DNA of 25,716 bases from a virus (lineage: Duplodnaviria > Caudoviricetes), in IMG/VR virus record IMGVR_UViG_3300010263_000007, positions 1-25,716 of that record, one strand, 5' to 3'. A model generated the notes under the pieces. The model had not been told where the DNA came from, searched no databases, and worked only from the letters and a program-made list of their open reading frames with translations. Shown in pieces: positions 1 through 7,382 of this stretch. The first letter of the stretch is position 1. Every line of letters starts with the position of its first letter. Both the position numbers and the translations under genes were made by a program.

Positions 1-1
1 A

Positions 2-397
2 GCTGCAGGATTGACCCAGGAACAGGCAGCGGAGCAACTATTCATATCTGTACGTAGCCTTGTTGACTATGAATCCGGCAAAACACTGCCGCCAGATGAT
101 GTGGTTTGCAGAATGGTAGAGGTATATGGCTCAAAGCCTCTCGCATACCTGCACCTGAAGAACTCCACCGAAGTGGGCCGGAGATTCCTTCCAGAACTGA
201 ACATTCTGGACCTTCCCAGGTCAGTATTGAAGCTTCAAAAGGAAGTAAAGGATATCACAGATATTCAGCACCAGATGGTCGACGTGGCTTGTGATGGCGT
301 AGTGGACAGCCATGAAAAAGAGACCTGGTCGAACATCGAAAAAGAGCTCATGGAAATGGTAGGAGCCGGCCTGTCTGTGGTTTTCGCATGGAGATAA
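2..397 (+). CDS. XRE-family HTH regulator with phage CII-like C-terminal domain (5' truncated by window)
   Basis: Frame is open from the window start (AAGLTQEQAAEQLFISVRSLVDYESGKTLP, an XRE HTH). C-terminal 'VACDGVVDSHEKETW' resembles the DG.I...E motif of phage CII-like regulators. Confidence 0.8.
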   Translation, partial: AAGLTQEQAAEQLFISVRSLVDYESGKTLPPDDVVCRMVEVYGSKPLAYLHLKNSTEVGRRFLPELNILDLPRSVLKLQKEVKDITDIQHQMVDVACDGVVDSHEKETWSNIEKELMEMVGAGLSVVFAWR

Positions 398-433
398 AAA
401 AATACGGCTTATTAGCCGCATATCAAATACCCT
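395..433 (-). ncRNA. Putative ~40-nt antisense small RNA at the 3' end of the regulator gene
   Basis: Minus-strand promoter at 440-468; minus-strand terminator TGCGGCT-AATA-AGCCGTA-TTTTTTT at 396-420, whose G.U pair forms only on the minus strand. Confidence 0.55.
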
Positions 434-439
434 AACCCA

Positions 440-468
440 ATACTACCACGGACATGTAGGCATGTCAA
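440..468 (-). promoter_or_regulatory. sigmaA promoter (leftward) overlapped by palindrome GACATG-N4-CATGTC
   Basis: Reverse complement reads TTGACA-17 nt-TAGTAT with extended -10 TG. Inverted repeat at 451-466. Confidence 0.7.
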
Positions 469-537
469 GAAATTGAGCGCAGGAATTATGAGCATAGTGT
501 ACAACCAGTATTTAATAGGCTTTTAGGGGTGATGACC

Positions 538-684
538 ATGCCGATCATTGTTGAGATAGTGGAACCGGATATTACACCCGAGGAAAACGCCAGGCGCATT
601 AAGGACCTCGAAGACATCATTTCAAGACTACTGAAATGCAAGGCTACATTGACATTTAAAAATCAGGACGAACAGAAGCAATGA
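538..684 (+). CDS. Small hypothetical protein, 48 aa (MPIIVEIVEPDITPEENARRIKDLEDIISRLL...)
   Basis: Hand-translated; RBS GGGGTGA upstream of ATG; below the ORF-track cutoff. Confidence 0.7.
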   Translation: MPIIVEIVEPDITPEENARRIKDLEDIISRLLKCKATLTFKNQDEQKQ

Positions 685-764
685 AAATACATACCGTTCT
701 TTCTTTTTCATTCAAATGGGACAAGCCCAAAACTATTATTTTCGGCAAATGAGGAGGTTCAGGG

Positions 765-938
765 GTGATTAATTTAGAATTGCCTGAAATTCAAAAAAGG
801 GTGAAAGAGTTAAAGAGAAAAAAGTTGAGAGAAAGGGTCATCAAACGATCGAACTCATTCTCTCAATTGGGAGACAAAGCAAATGTTCTGATTCGTGTGA
901 GGATAGTAAAGGCTGAGGCTACGGATCTAAAAGATTAA
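765..938 (+). CDS. Small basic hypothetical protein, 57 aa (MINLELPEIQKRVKELKRKKLRERV...)
   Basis: Hand-translated; GAGGAGG RBS upstream of GTG. Confidence 0.6.
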   Translation: MINLELPEIQKRVKELKRKKLRERVIKRSNSFSQLGDKANVLIRVRIVKAEATDLKD

Positions 939-1013
939 GAGAACGTTTTATCTCTTTCATAGCAGAAACTATTATTTTTCGCACGACGAAAATGATGCAG
1001 GGGGTTATACAAA

Positions 1014-1325
1014 ATGTTGAGCATGAGATCAAGAAAAAGGATGGCGATGATGAACTTCTCAAGTGGACAGCAGTTGATTACGTTGACATATGAAGATGAA
1101 CCACCTAAAAAACTATCTGCAAGGAAAAACCTAATTAACTTCATAAGGCGTTTAAAATACTTAACTAAAAAATACGGCCTTCCTGATCTGGAATACATGG
1201 CTATAACAGATATCGATACAGGAAAGCCGCACCATCACATTATAATGTCCCAGTTACCGGTTGAAATGATAAGGAAGTTCTGGACATATGGCAATGTCAT
1301 ATCAAACGTCAGGGGTCTGGCCTAA
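1014..1325 (+). CDS. Truncated HUH Rep paralog (motifs I and II, no catalytic Tyr)
   Basis: Motifs ITLTY and PHHHIIMS; aligns without gaps to the 7870 Rep (36/80 identical by hand count); GGGGG RBS. Confidence 0.8.
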   Translation: MLSMRSRKRMAMMNFSSGQQLITLTYEDEPPKKLSARKNLINFIRRLKYLTKKYGLPDLEYMAITDIDTGKPHHHIIMSQLPVEMIRKFWTYGNVISNVRGLA

Positions 1326-1540
1326 ACAATATCGATTTCTCCATAGTCGTTAGTTGAAGAGAAGTCATGAAAGTCAGGATCGGAAGAAGCTTCTATATGT
1401 AGTTGTGCAGGAATCCGGTCACCATCAACAACATCTTCATCAAGCACCATTAGCTGCACATAATCGTGCCCATCTTTAGCAACTTGCTGCAGGACATTTA
1501 AAAGATCGGCTGTTCTCACAGTAACACAAAATTCACTCAA
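1322..1540 (-). CDS. Small acidic protein, 72 aa (MSEFCVTVRTADLLNVLQQVAKDGHDYVQLMVLDEDVVDGDRIP...)
   Basis: GGGAGGTGG RBS just upstream of TTG at 1540 and its own promoter; 16 D/E versus 3 K/R. Confidence 0.75.
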   Translation of the reverse strand: MSEFCVTVRTADLLNVLQQVAKDGHDYVQLMVLDEDVVDGDRIPAQLHIEASSDPDFHDFSSTNDYGEIDIV

Positions 1541-1563
1541 AAATACCACCTCCCTCTGCCTAC

Positions 1564-1592
1564 ATTTTACCAGGAGGGAGCGGTAACAACAA
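1564..1592 (-). promoter_or_regulatory. Extended -10 sigmaA promoter for the acidic minus-strand gene
   Basis: Reverse complement TTGTTG-17 nt-TAAAAT with TG extension (TGGTAAAAT). Confidence 0.6.
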
Positions 1593-1859
1593 TATAGCCC
1601 GCCGGAGCGTATCCGGCCCACGGCCCACAGCCATAATGGATCAGCTTCCCGGCGGAGCGGGGGGCCGCCGGTGGCTGAATTGAACAGAGGGAAGGAGGGT
1701 AGCAATGGGATTCATACTAAAGTCGCCAATGATTTTGCCGACAGCTGCAACCAATATCCCGGATGGATTCACTTAGGGCCCATAGTGGCCCGGTGGTAAG
1801 CGGTGGCCCCCGAAACAGCCAAAATACTTAATCAATATATGCGGTTTATTTCTTAACCC

Positions 1860-1896
1860 AAAGGCGGGATTACTGCCAGGGGGGGATCCCGCCTTT
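1860..1896. other. Strong hairpin (possible terminator or processing stem) just upstream of the tRNA-like element
   Basis: AAAGGCGGGAT...ATCCCGCCTTT, 11-bp perfect inverted repeat. Confidence 0.6.
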
Positions 1897-1900
1897 ACAT

Positions 1901-1970
1901 GGAGAGGTACCCGAGAGGCCCAGGGGTGGACAGGCCATCCATCACGCAGGTTCGATTCCTGCCCTCTCCA
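1901..1970 (+). tRNA. tRNA-like element / pseudo-tRNA
   Basis: Acceptor stem GGAGAGG/CCTCTCC plus discriminator A; T-arm GCAGG-TTCGATT-CCTGC; D-arm CCC..GGG with GG in the loop. Anticodon arm (G)TGGA-CAGGCCA-TCCA(T) lacks U33 and purine 37; 3' end is ACCT, not ACCA. Confidence 0.75.
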
Positions 1971-1993
1971 CCTGATAAGGAAGGGGGAAAGGC

Positions 1994-2332
1994 ATGAGGA
2001 TTGAGGAGCTGGCAGGGAAACCGTGCATAGCTGACAATAAATTTTACGGCAGATACCTGGGAACTATCATTGGGCTGCATGAAAAAAACAAGCTTAATAC
2101 CACCAGGATCCTGGTCAAAATCGAGAAATGCCTGAGAAAGCCATCAACCCTTCCGGAACTTGTCCCATATGGCCATGTGAAAAGACAGGAGTATCTTCCC
2201 GGGGAGATCCACCATTTTGACATCGGGGAGGTGAGCTTATTAGCAGGAGACTCACGTGCCGCGACTGCGGCAGATTCATCTATTGCCTGGAGCGGCGAGG
2301 AATATGTCGAGACTTTAGCCAGAAAGGAATGA
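1994..2332 (+). CDS. Hypothetical phage protein
   Basis: 112-aa ORF with purine-rich RBS (AAGGGGG), in operon orientation. Confidence 0.75.
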   Translation: MRIEELAGKPCIADNKFYGRYLGTIIGLHEKNKLNTTRILVKIEKCLRKPSTLPELVPYGHVKRQEYLPGEIHHFDIGEVSLLAGDSRAATAADSSIAWSGEEYVETLARKE

Positions 2333-2338
2333 GGGAGA

Positions 2339-2566
2339 ATGATCAGAACGGAAAAGTTCGATTGGCACGTAGTGAACCGAAGCAAGCGGTATCCTGACCC
2401 CGTGAATGAACACGATATCAACCTGCTGGAACAGATGGGCGCAAATATCGTACTCGATAGAACCCAAAAGATTGTCTACATATTGGACAAGAGTAAGAAC
2501 ATTACCAGGAGAGCGATAAATGAACGCCGGAAAAGGTTCTTGACAAGGTGGGATCCGTTCAGATGA
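2339..2566 (+). CDS. Hypothetical phage protein
   Basis: 75-aa ORF; GAGGGAG RBS; ATGA overlap with the next gene. Confidence 0.7.
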   Translation: MIRTEKFDWHVVNRSKRYPDPVNEHDINLLEQMGANIVLDRTQKIVYILDKSKNITRRAINERRKRFLTRWDPFR

Positions 2567-2904
2567 AAGGCATATATCAGGACATCATCGTTGTTGAGGT
2601 AAAAGAGCGGGTTAACAACTTGGTCCGGATAGAAACGGCATATGGAAGCTTTACGGTGAAGGATGATGAAGTCGTCATAATACCGGATGAGATATATGCC
2701 CGGGAAGCGGAGCGGCTGGAAGAACTGAAAAACTACATACTTGCCGGCCATCAGAAGAAGGAGGAAATCAAGCACAGGTATCTGGCCAAGAAAGAAGAGA
2801 TTGACGATGCCATCACAAAGGCTAAGGTGGAGCGGGATACAATCATCCAAAGAATGAAGGCAGAAGTGCTGATGATGTGTAGAGGAGGGAATCAAGCTTG
2901 CTGA
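2563..2904 (+). CDS. Hypothetical protein (beta-rich N-terminus, coiled-coil C-terminus)
   Basis: Start placed at ATG 2563 (ATGA coupling); same frame as track ORF 2548..2904. Confidence 0.75.
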   Translation: MKGIYQDIIVVEVKERVNNLVRIETAYGSFTVKDDEVVIIPDEIYAREAERLEELKNYILAGHQKKEEIKHRYLAKKEEIDDAITKAKVERDTIIQRMKAEVLMMCRGGNQAC

Positions 2905-3020
2905 GTATTAAGGATGAACTGCTTCAGCGGGTGGTTGACGACTTCGACACCATTTGGTCCGGCGGAAAGATGCTCAGCTCAGTATGTTCGATCAAGACTG
3001 AAATTCCCAAACGCTTGTGA
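2898..3020 (+). CDS. Small hypothetical protein, 40 aa (MLSIKDELLQRVVDDFDTIWSGG...)
   Basis: GGAGGG RBS upstream of TTG; fills the gap between flanking genes. Confidence 0.5.
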   Translation: MLSIKDELLQRVVDDFDTIWSGGKMLSSVCSIKTEIPKRL

Positions 3021-3048
3021 ATTTGCCCAGGAGAGGAGGATGTAAAGC

Positions 3049-3432
3049 ATGGTATCAGAAGCTATTCAGGCTATTCAGAATGAGATTGATTCAGAAAAGG
3101 ATAATCCTTGCATTAAGGTTATCGGTGAATGTTTGATCGAATATATCCGGCGGCATCCGGCGGTAGCCGGCGCCATATACAACTCTGGCAAGTATCTCAC
3201 GGGAGCCTACAAAGCCATTGAGGATTATGCCAGGAAAAAACCGCGTCATGGGAACTGTGTGGCCGTGGCGCCGGATGAAGCCTTTGAGCAGGTTCTGAAA
3301 TTCTACGGGATAGAACATACAGATAATGGCCCAGTATTCCAGTCTCGATTCCTTCAGGATGCGCCGGTCACTCCGAATGCAGCAGTTGAGGAGCGGAGCA
3401 GCTTTACTCTCGATTTGGCAGATTTACTGTGA
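3049..3432 (+). CDS. PcfK-like protein (family that includes AcrIIA9)
   Basis: Pattern 'K.L.GAY..I..YARK....NCVAV.P.EAF..V..FYG', C-terminal 'LDLADLL', and position directly upstream of pcfJ. Confidence 0.65.
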   Translation: MVSEAIQAIQNEIDSEKDNPCIKVIGECLIEYIRRHPAVAGAIYNSGKYLTGAYKAIEDYARKKPRHGNCVAVAPDEAFEQVLKFYGIEHTDNGPVFQSRFLQDAPVTPNAAVEERSSFTLDLADLL

Positions 3433-3443
3433 GGTGCTGCACG

Positions 3444-5420
3444 ATGAACAAGAGGGAGTTAAAGAATATCCCGGTACCTGATTTCCCCAGGTATCGAAAA
3501 TCACCTAATAGCAAAATAGAATATGTCTATTCCGCAAAAATCATTCCTGTGACAGGGCAGAAGATATTGGTTGTTACCTTTTATAAGGTAAGAACAAAAT
3601 CAGTTGAATTTCGCGTGTTTTCAGACGGAACGAATTTTATTACGCAGAAGTTTGATCCTGATAAATGGTCTGAGGCATGCGTCATAAACTTGTTGCCTTA
3701 TTATTATGCAGAGAAAGTTACAGCTGATAGCAAAGCATCAGGGAAAATCGGCGTCGATTACTTTTCCAATGGAAAGCCCAATACGCTTGAGGCTCTTATC
3801 GCCTACCAGGCCAAAATCAGAGAAAAAGAGTATAAAGCCCGTGAAGAAAAAATCAGAATAAGCACACAAAGCTTCATGAACATGATCAAAGATCTACCAA
3901 AAGATCTTGAGCGCTGGATCCATAATGTGCCCTTAAAGGCGAGTAGGTACATCTATTATAAGCGGTATGGAAAGATAATTGAAGGATATTGCACGAATTG
4001 CAGGCAAGACGTTGTTGTTAAAAAGGCAAAGCATAATGAAAAGGGACGATGCCCAGCCTGCAGGAGCCAGATAACCTATAAAGCCATAGGGATTTCAAGA
4101 AGGGTTCGGGATCACTCGTTCTTTGCAATCTTGCAGCGCGGAGAAGGACATCTACATGGTGCCATTATTATCAGGTGCTTTTATGTGTATAGAGAATTTG
4201 GACAGCATTATAGATCGCCCGAGACCCGGTTTTCCGAGGATGCTAGATACATTATCAGCAATAAACAGCTTATCATGTTCAAATATGAATCTGTCTTCAA
4301 CCGATTTTACCACCGGTATACTCCTCCGGATTGGCATCGGAAAAAGCAACCTGAAATCTTTCAGGAATACTATCTGTACACGAGGAACCTGAAGCATGTC
4401 CTGAAAGATACATCTTGGCAGTATTGTGCAATAAAAGAGTTTGCACAACATATAGGGCCATTCAATGTAATTAGTTATCTCCAAACCTACATTAGGCATC
4501 CGGCCATTGAATATATGGTGAAGCTAAAACTGTATAAGTTAGTATCTGAATGCCTTACATACCATCCGGAAGCAATCAATTTATACGGGCCGGAAGCAAT
4601 CAATTTATACGGGAGATCCCTGAAAGAAGTACTCGGTGTGGGTAAGGAGGATCTTCCTTTTATCCAGAAATATGATCTTTCGGACCATGAACTGAGCCTT
4701 TTTCGCATGCTTAAAAACAAAGGTTACAGGCTATCACCTGAGGTCCTTCAATGGGTTAGGAAAAATTTGCGCTACTATACTTACGAAAAAGACCTTATTG
4801 CTTACCTTACCGAATATACAACTCCGGAGCGTGTCGTACGATACGTCACACGTCAGATGCAAAAATGCCAGTATCATTATGCGCATTTTACTATGCGCGA
4901 TTGGCTGGATTATCTGGAGAATGCCAAAAAGCTTGACTATGACCTCAGAAGTAACTCGATCCTTTTCCCCAAAGATTTAAGAACAGCGCATGATAGGGTT
5001 ATTGAGCTAATTAAAAAGAAAGAAGAGGCTATCCATGACGAATCCATAAAGGAGCAGGAAGCGGAGCTGAATGAACTTTATGGTTACGAAAAGGGAGGTT
5101 ATATTGTCAGGGCTCCAAAAGGCGTGGATGAAATCATTGCTGAAGGAGCGGCTCTTAACCATTGCGTAGGGACCTACATAAGCAGGATAGCCAGAAGAGA
5201 AACGACGGTTTTGTTTCTAAGAGAGGCAGCAAATCCGGACAAGCCGTTTTATACCATCGAAGTAAAAGACGGAAATGTCCGGCAAGTCAGAGGATTGAAT
5301 AACTGCGAAGCAACTCCAGAGGTCAAAAAGTTTATGGCCAAATGGGAGAAAACCATAAAAGCCAGGATAACCAAGCGAAAGAAATCTGAAAACCAGGTAA
5401 GAATTATGATTTCAGCATAA
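3444..5420 (+). CDS. PcfJ domain-containing protein
   Basis: Zn ribbon CTNC...CPAC; C-terminal 'DYL...L..D......FPKDL..AHD', 'EG..LNHCVGTY', 'FLR....PDKPFYTIEV....V.QVRG..N'. GAGGTG RBS upstream of ATG 3444. Confidence 0.9.
   Translation: MNKRELKNIPVPDFPRYRKSPNSKIEYVYSAKIIPVTGQKILVVTFYKVRTKSVEFRVFSDGTNFITQKFDPDKWSEACVINLLPYYYAEKVTADSKASGKIGVDYFSNGKPNTLEALIAYQAKIREKEYKAREEKIRISTQSFMNMIKDLPKDLERWIHNVPLKASRYIYYKRYGKIIEGYCTNCRQDVVVKKAKHNEKGRCPACRSQITYKAIGISRRVRDHSFFAILQRGEGHLHGAIIIRCFYVYREFGQHYRSPETRFSEDARYIISNKQLIMFKYESVFNRFYHRYTPPDWHRKKQPEIFQEYYLYTRNLKHVLKDTSWQYCAIKEFAQHIGPFNVISYLQTYIRHPAIEYMVKLKLYKLVSECLTYHPEAINLYGPEAINLYGRSLKEVLGVGKEDLPFIQKYDLSDHELSLFRMLKNKGYRLSPEVLQWVRKNLRYYTYEKDLIAYLTEYTTPERVVRYVTRQMQKCQYHYAHFTMRDWLDYLENAKKLDYDLRSNSILFPKDLRTAHDRVIELIKKKEEAIHDESIKEQEAELNELYGYEKGGYIVRAPKGVDEIIAEGAALNHCVGTYISRIARRETTVLFLREAANPDKPFYTIEVKDGNVRQVRGLNNCEATPEVKKFMAKWEKTIKARITKRKKSENQVRIMISA
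4566..4613 (+). repeat. Perfect 24-bp in-frame tandem duplication (PEAINLYG x2)
   Basis: CCGGAAGCAATCAATTTATACGGG occurs twice in direct succession. Confidence 0.95.
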
Positions 5421-5438
5421 AAGGAAGGAGGATTACTA

Positions 5439-6395
5439 ATGGGAGAAATACAGGTTCAAAGGACCCCAGAATTGATCGCTGCGGAGATAAGGAATATCCA
5501 CTCACAGACAGTAAGGATGGTTCTGTATAATGCCATCGAAATTGGGCGCCGGCTTGTTGAGGCGAAGAGCATGGTACCCCATGGTGAATGGGGAAAATGG
5601 CTTGAAGAACAAGTCAATTACAGCCAGAGTACGGCCAATAACTTCATGCGGTTGTTCCGCGAGTATGGCTCTGAACAGATATCCCTTCTCGGCGATGCAA
5701 ATCTTAAAAATCCCATCTTTAGTAGGCTCTCATACAGCCAGGCCGTGGCCCTTTTAGCATTACCAGAAGGGGAGCGGGAAAAGTTTGTCCAAGAAAATGA
5801 CATTGAGAACATGTCCACTCGAGAGTTGCAGGCGGCCATCAAAGCCCGGGAGGATGCGGAGAAGAAGTTGAATGATGCTCTGCAGAGGGAGGATGAACTA
5901 AGGAAAAAGGTTGATGAATACCAGGCGGCCATCAACAAAGAGAAGGAAGCACAGAAGGAGGCGCAGGCAAAGGTCGAAGAACTCGAATCCAGGATCAAGC
6001 AGCTGGAAGAAGAGATTGAGAACAAGGAGCCCGGGCCAGAAGTTAATTTGGAATTGGAAAGGGAGAAAATCCGCTCCGAGTTGGCGGAACAGATGAAGAA
6101 AGACCTTGAGGCAGAGCGGAAAAAGCTCCAGGCTGAGAAGGATGCCATAAGTAAAGAAATAGAGGCCCGGGATAAGAGAATTAAGGAGCTTGAGGTCAAG
6201 GCAGCCACCGGGGCAAATGAGGATACGCAGCTTTTCAAAGTGCTTTTCGATCAAACAGTTCAGGCATTTGACAAGCTATTGAAACAGCTCGCGAAGATAG
6301 AAGCTTCTGATCCTGAAATGGGATCCCGATATGTCGGAGCGGTGGTCAAGGCTCTGGAGAAAATGCAGGAACAGTTGACTAAGGATAGGGGATAA
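5439..6395 (+). CDS. DUF3102 domain protein with long coiled coil
   Basis: 'IEIGRRLVEAK..VPHGEWGKWL...V.YS..TA.NFMRLF.EYG' and 'LSYSQAVALL', 'MSTRELQ'; AAGGAGG RBS. Confidence 0.88.
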   Translation: MGEIQVQRTPELIAAEIRNIHSQTVRMVLYNAIEIGRRLVEAKSMVPHGEWGKWLEEQVNYSQSTANNFMRLFREYGSEQISLLGDANLKNPIFSRLSYSQAVALLALPEGEREKFVQENDIENMSTRELQAAIKAREDAEKKLNDALQREDELRKKVDEYQAAINKEKEAQKEAQAKVEELESRIKQLEEEIENKEPGPEVNLELEREKIRSELAEQMKKDLEAERKKLQAEKDAISKEIEARDKRIKELEVKAATGANEDTQLFKVLFDQTVQAFDKLLKQLAKIEASDPEMGSRYVGAVVKALEKMQEQLTKDRG

Positions 6396-6399
6396 AGCC

Positions 6400-6999
6400 A
6401 TGAGAAGCAGGTATCAGAGAAACTGGTTATGGGTACTCACCTTTCTCATCATGGTCATCGTTTTAGTGATCTTCAGCATAAAGGCATCAGCAGATGTCAA
6501 TGGTGCAATAGAAAGAATGCAATTTGAAGTTCAAATGCTCCGGGAGCTGGCGGCTAGGCAGGAAGAGGTTATCCTTCAGCAGAGACAGATAATAGAAGGG
6601 TTGCAGTCTTTATCGGACAATCAACCCTGTTCATCAGAAGAAGAGCCTGCACTTCCAGATAGGATTAAGGGCCGGGAGCTCACTCCGATAACAATGCGCG
6701 TGACAGCTTATGATTTGTCATATGAAAGCTGTAAGAAGTACCCGGACCATCCGGAGTATGGCATTACAGCATCCGGAAACAAGGTTGTCCCATGGTTCAC
6801 CGTGGCAGCTGGCCCGGAGCTTGCATTTGGAACGAAGTTATTCATTCCATATTTCAAGGACAAGCCTAACGGAGGTATCTTCGTAGTTCAGGACCGGGGA
6901 AGCGCTATAAAGGAAAACTGCCTGGATATCTACATGGAAAGTCATGAGGAGTGCATGGCATTCGGTGTCAAATACCTGGATGTTTATATCCTTGATTGA
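6400..6999 (+). CDS. 3D-domain (MltA-like lytic transglycosylase fold) membrane-anchored protein
   Basis: N-terminal hydrophobic helix and coiled coil, then VTAY...GITASG...VAAG...QDRGSAIK...LDIY. Confidence 0.85.
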   Translation: MRSRYQRNWLWVLTFLIMVIVLVIFSIKASADVNGAIERMQFEVQMLRELAARQEEVILQQRQIIEGLQSLSDNQPCSSEEEPALPDRIKGRELTPITMRVTAYDLSYESCKKYPDHPEYGITASGNKVVPWFTVAAGPELAFGTKLFIPYFKDKPNGGIFVVQDRGSAIKENCLDIYMESHEECMAFGVKYLDVYILD

Positions 7000-7382
7000 T
7001 TAAGGAGGGGAGCGGCTTGGAAAGACGGGGAGATTGGACCGGTACATATTCGGGGATAAAGTTTTATCCTTTGGATCCTCGGCCTGAGGATATCTGCCTT
7101 TCAGACATATCACATGCCTTGTCAAATATATGCAGGTTCAACGGGCAAACAAAGGTTTTTTATAGCGTTGCGGCTCACTGCTTCAATGTATACCGCTGGC
7201 TATGGGATAGGGGCCATAGTGTGAGGGTTTGCCTCCTGGGACTCCTGCATGATGCAGCTGAAGCATATATCTGTGACATTCCCAGGCCATTGAAGCAATA
7301 CCTGCCCGGATATAAGCAGATCGAGGAGCGGATTATGCAAGCGGTATATGAACGCTATCCTGGATGGTCGGACGTGGGATGA
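6996..7382 (+). pseudogene. C-terminally truncated HD-domain phosphohydrolase (YfdR-like)
   Basis: 'DISHALSNICRFNG', 'YSVAAH', 'LLHDAAEAYICDIPRPLK'; ends abruptly after ERY without the distal Asp motif. Confidence 0.7.

Noticed and set aside
480-510. Sporulation sigma (E/K) promoter from CATAGTGT
   Set aside because: Only a -10-like match with no convincing -35.
1541-1705. N-terminal extension of track ORF 1322..1705 (-)
   Set aside because: It crosses the promoter and hairpin region; the RBS supports a start at 1540.
1625-1822. Self-cleaving ribozyme (hammerhead CGAAAC, pistol-like TTAGGGCC...TAAGCG, HDV-like)
   Set aside because: No CTGATGA core, pistol elements are not contiguous, and I could not build an HDV P1 helix.
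1901-1970. Functional tRNA-Ala(GGC)
   Set aside because: No G3.U70 pair, no U33 or purine 37, shortened anticodon arm.
5700-5730. Copy of the 8940 palindrome inside the DUF3102 gene
   Set aside because: Only a 9-nt half-site (AAAATCCCA), compatible with chance.
6996-7382. DatZ / Z-genome or other base-modification system
   Set aside because: The HD gene is truncated and no purZ, mazZ or polymerase is present in the window.
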